The notes beneath the pieces were generated by a model. The model ran no database searches, was not told the origin of the DNA, and worked only from the letters and a program-made list of their open reading frames with translations. A stretch of 63,984 nucleotides of DNA, the filler included, from an uncultured bacterium (GTDB lineage Bacteria; CAZSTA01): assembly GCA_964609495.1 (NCBI GenBank). It is 7 parts of 7 records of this genome, joined end to end, with 100 filler letters (N's around TTAATTAATTAA, not from the genome) between each part and the next. Parts side by side here need not be neighbours in the genome. Positions count along the whole stretch, not along the records: positions 55,143 to 63,984 come from CAZSTA010000158.1; 6 more parts are not named here. One strand, written 5' to 3'. The translations under genes were made by a program, and so were the position numbers. Of this stretch, positions 61,172 through 63,984 are shown piece after piece; the stretch's first letter is position 1; every line of letters starts with the position of its first letter.

Positions 61172-61651
61172 CTATTTCCTAGAAGATGGATGAATATGAA
61201 TAATCCTTTTCTCATAAAGAAAATCCCCTCTCGGATCTTCCCCTACCTTAATATAACCCATCTTCTCATAAAAATGGTGGTTTCGATAAGCCCAACGAGG
61301 AGTCCCTAAAGACCATTTTTTAACTAACGGGAAGGCCCTCTCCATAAACTCCATTGCTTGAGTCCCTATACCTTGATTTTGAAAATCTGGATCAATATAT
61401 ATCCTACCTAAATTGTAATGCCTCTTCCTCATATCAAATATAATAAATCCACCGATAATTCTATCTTCAGCTAATATTTTATAATACATTCCCCTTTTCA
61501 TCATTCTAATTTGCCACTCAACCGAATCATATCCTGGGGGTCCCCCACTGGGCTTACCCGCAAATCTCTGAGAATCGTCATCAAAGGTGCGCGTCTGAAC
61601 TTCGGTTAGAATCTCAGCATCTTTCGGCTTTGCCTTCTCAAATCTAATCAC
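61172..61651 (-). CDS. GNAT family N-acetyltransferase
   Basis: IYIDPDFQNQGIG, NHHFYEKMGY; RBS AAGGAGG. Confidence 0.9.
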   Translation of the reverse strand: MIRFEKAKPKDAEILTEVQTRTFDDDSQRFAGKPSGGPPGYDSVEWQIRMMKRGMYYKILAEDRIIGGFIIFDMRKRHYNLGRIYIDPDFQNQGIGTQAMEFMERAFPLVKKWSLGTPRWAYRNHHFYEKMGYIKVGEDPRGDFLYEKRIIHIHPSSRK

Positions 61652-61822
61652 ATTTTTTCCTCCTTCATTATCCTCTGAAGACCATCTCTATCCTTCCCTT
61701 ATTTATTCCAGGAATGACTCTTTGTTCCCAAGACCTATCTTCGATTCTGTTATATCATAGCATAGATTTCAGAGCTTTGCAAGTCTTTTTTGGGGGGGAT
61801 ACCTAAATTTCTCGAAAAATCA

Positions 61823-61851
61823 TTGCATATTAGGCTTTATTCTGTTATAAT
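61823..61851 (+). promoter_or_regulatory. sigma70 promoter upstream of methyltransferase locus
   Basis: TTGCAT-N17-TATAAT with TG. Confidence 0.65.
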
Positions 61852-62187
61852 AATAGTGAGTCAAAAATAGAAGGGATATGTTAAGGATATTCATAATAGA
61901 AGGCAGAAAGTTAGTCTGATAACTAGTATGCTGGACAGCGAGAACTGAGAGTGAATCAAAGATAGAAGAATAAAAATGAAATATCAGAATATTCCAGACG
62001 AATTTGAAATCGAAAAAATGGAGAAGGGGGTCTTGGTCAAATATAGATTGATATTCAAGGGTTCACTAAAAGAATTTAGTAACTCTATGGAACATTGAAA
62101 TTATTAAAGAACATACTAATGAGGGAGCGCAAGGGAATACTTTCATCCAGTCGTTATCCTTGATTATAATTTGTAAGGAATTGTGAA

Positions 62188-63984
62188 GTGGAAGATAAAA
62201 TACTGCATGGCGATGTATATTCTTGCCTTGAGAAACTCGAAAGTAATTCAGTTGCGGTAGCTATAACCTCACCACCATATTGGAAACAAAGAGATTATGG
62301 TTTTGAAGGGCAAATAGGACAAGAACAAACAGTTGAAGAATATATTGGCCATTTAGTTGCAGTATGTAATAAATTAAAACAAAAGCTTCGTGATGATGGT
62401 ATATTTTTTCTTAATATAGGAGATAAATATCTAAATCAGTATGGTAAATCTCATCTTTTGCAGATTCCATATAGAGTAGCTTATCATATGGTCAAAGATG
62501 GATGGTTTTTAGAAGATATCGTAATTTGGTTTAAACCAAATCATATGCCCTCCTCTACCAGAGATAGATTTGCAAATACTTATGAACCTATTTTCGTCTT
62601 TGCTAAAGATAAAGTCAACATATATCACAAGAAGCTAAAAAACGTGCTCAAGATACCACTTCAGCAAACTCCTTGGAAACACACCGCAGTTTTTCCAGAG
62701 AGATTGGTTGGAGAAGTGTTGGATAGAGTTACACTGAAAGATAATGATTTAATACTAGACCCTTTTGCAGGTACTGGGACTACCGTAGTGGTTATTAGAA
62801 GTATTAGAAATAGTCTCTTTTCTAAAAGAGTTTTTTCGGTTATGATTGAGAAAGGAAATGAATTTGTTGAAATAATTAAGAAAAGAACAGGTATAAAAGA
62901 TATCATAAAAGTAGAAGATATATCTTATAATTGGGAAGCTGTTAGAGAAGAAAGGTTACCTGAAATACAACCTCAAGAAGTGCTGACAAATAAGCATGGC
63001 GAAATATTCATAGCGAAAAATAGCAAAGAATTTACCTCTGCCCTTAAAGGAATAATTACAGATAAATTTAAGAATTTTCATAGGGAAGATGCTCTTTATT
63101 GCTTTGGGGTGAAGAACTGGCGTTTAGATGATTTATATTACATTTCTCAAATTTACCGTGAAGATTATGTTCTAAGAAATATGATTGTTGTTTCGGATAA
63201 TAAAGAGTGGTATCCAGTTTTCATATTTGCGAGAGATAGCACAAAAGTTGCCTACAGATTCTATATTGATAGAGTTAGAGTAGAACCCAAAACTGAAGAA
63301 AATAGAGATTGGTGGAAAGAAGAATTTATAGGTATAAAAGTTAGAGATATTTCTGGAAAGAAAGCTAAGACGGGTTGGATCGTCAAAGTTATTGATCAAT
63401 ATGATGATGGTTTTCCAAGGATTACAGTTGTCCAATGGGATGGATACGCTTCTGTTGAATTTGTAATTCACGCCAAGAAAGATGAGTTTTTAAGGGAAGG
63501 TTTAAGCTTCGTTTGTCCAAAATGTGGAAAAAGGTTAGATGAGCAATATGATCCAATTGGGAAAAATATATGCCCTCACTGTTATGAAGACTTGTGGATA
63601 GATATCGAGAGCCTTCCACTTGTGGAAGAACCAGAAGAGATATTAGAAGCAACTAAGGAATTAGAAAAAGGAGACTACTTGGTTGGTCAAACTATTAAAA
63701 TTGAACAATTTGAAAAAAGGAGAGTAACTGCCAGCAAATTTACTGAACTAGAAAGGATAAATTGGGGGGCCTCACCTGGGGCAAGAAAATTAATGCTGGG
63801 GGAACACTTCACTAAAATGAGACTCTATAGAATTTCTCAACCAACTGTTGCCCAATACTTAACTATTCTGAGAAAAAGCAATGGATTGAGCATCCAAAAT
63901 ATAATAGATAGATTACCTAAGAAATATCGGCATATTGTTGGACATTGGTTTAGAAAAGATTTTGGTGGTTCAATTCCAATTTCA
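62188..63984 (+). CDS. long multidomain DNA methyltransferase (>=599 aa, runs off window; not in ORF track)
   Basis: Manual translation from GTG: MEDKILHGD...TSPPYWKQRDYG...WFKPNHMPSS..DRF...HTAVFP...DPFAGTGTT, then >350 further codons without a stop, including CPKC/CPHC. Confidence 0.9.
   Translation, partial: MEDKILHGDVYSCLEKLESNSVAVAITSPPYWKQRDYGFEGQIGQEQTVEEYIGHLVAVCNKLKQKLRDDGIFFLNIGDKYLNQYGKSHLLQIPYRVAYHMVKDGWFLEDIVIWFKPNHMPSSTRDRFANTYEPIFVFAKDKVNIYHKKLKNVLKIPLQQTPWKHTAVFPERLVGEVLDRVTLKDNDLILDPFAGTGTTVVVIRSIRNSLFSKRVFSVMIEKGNEFVEIIKKRTGIKDIIKVEDISYNWEAVREERLPEIQPQEVLTNKHGEIFIAKNSKEFTSALKGIITDKFKNFHREDALYCFGVKNWRLDDLYYISQIYREDYVLRNMIVVSDNKEWYPVFIFARDSTKVAYRFYIDRVRVEPKTEENRDWWKEEFIGIKVRDISGKKAKTGWIVKVIDQYDDGFPRITVVQWDGYASVEFVIHAKKDEFLREGLSFVCPKCGKRLDEQYDPIGKNICPHCYEDLWIDIESLPLVEEPEEILEATKELEKGDYLVGQTIKIEQFEKRRVTASKFTELERINWGASPGARKLMLGEHFTKMRLYRISQPTVAQYLTILRKSNGLSIQNIIDRLPKKYRHIVGHWFRKDFGGSIPIS

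Noticed and set aside
62661..63652. Minus-strand ORFs 62661-62906, 63172-63471 and 63422-63652
   Set aside because: Shadows of the long plus-strand methyltransferase.

Overview
Bacterial draft-genome (MAG-like) sequence. It consists of seven ~9-kb contigs joined by 100-nt N-TTAATTAATTAA-N linkers. The contigs fall in decreasing length (>=9240, 9194, 9121, 9004, 9000, 8983, >=8842), so neighbours across linkers are not biologically adjacent. Gene order and regulation look Bacillota/Terrabacteria-like: two T-box leaders, topA-trmFO-xerC-hslVU-(TPR)-rpsB, tmk-holB-ricT-gltX, cdaA-cdaR-glmM, glmU-rplY-pth and ytfI-ytfJ. Accessory content includes three DNA methyltransferases (one paired with a PmeII-like endonuclease, and one very long multidomain enzyme absent from the ORF track), a CHAT protease, TPR proteins, a VIT-vWA protein followed by an extra RpoD-like sigma, and an ECF/anti-sigma operon. 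Signals not explained by the ORF track are an orphan but intact 3' half of fur beside the RM pair, a promoter-driven two-module ncRNA candidate, a dispersed hairpin/G-quadruplex repeat family, a truncated GlmU preceded by a GNAT, and possible ATA-initiated genes. No rRNA, tRNA, CRISPR array or intact transposase was recognised.
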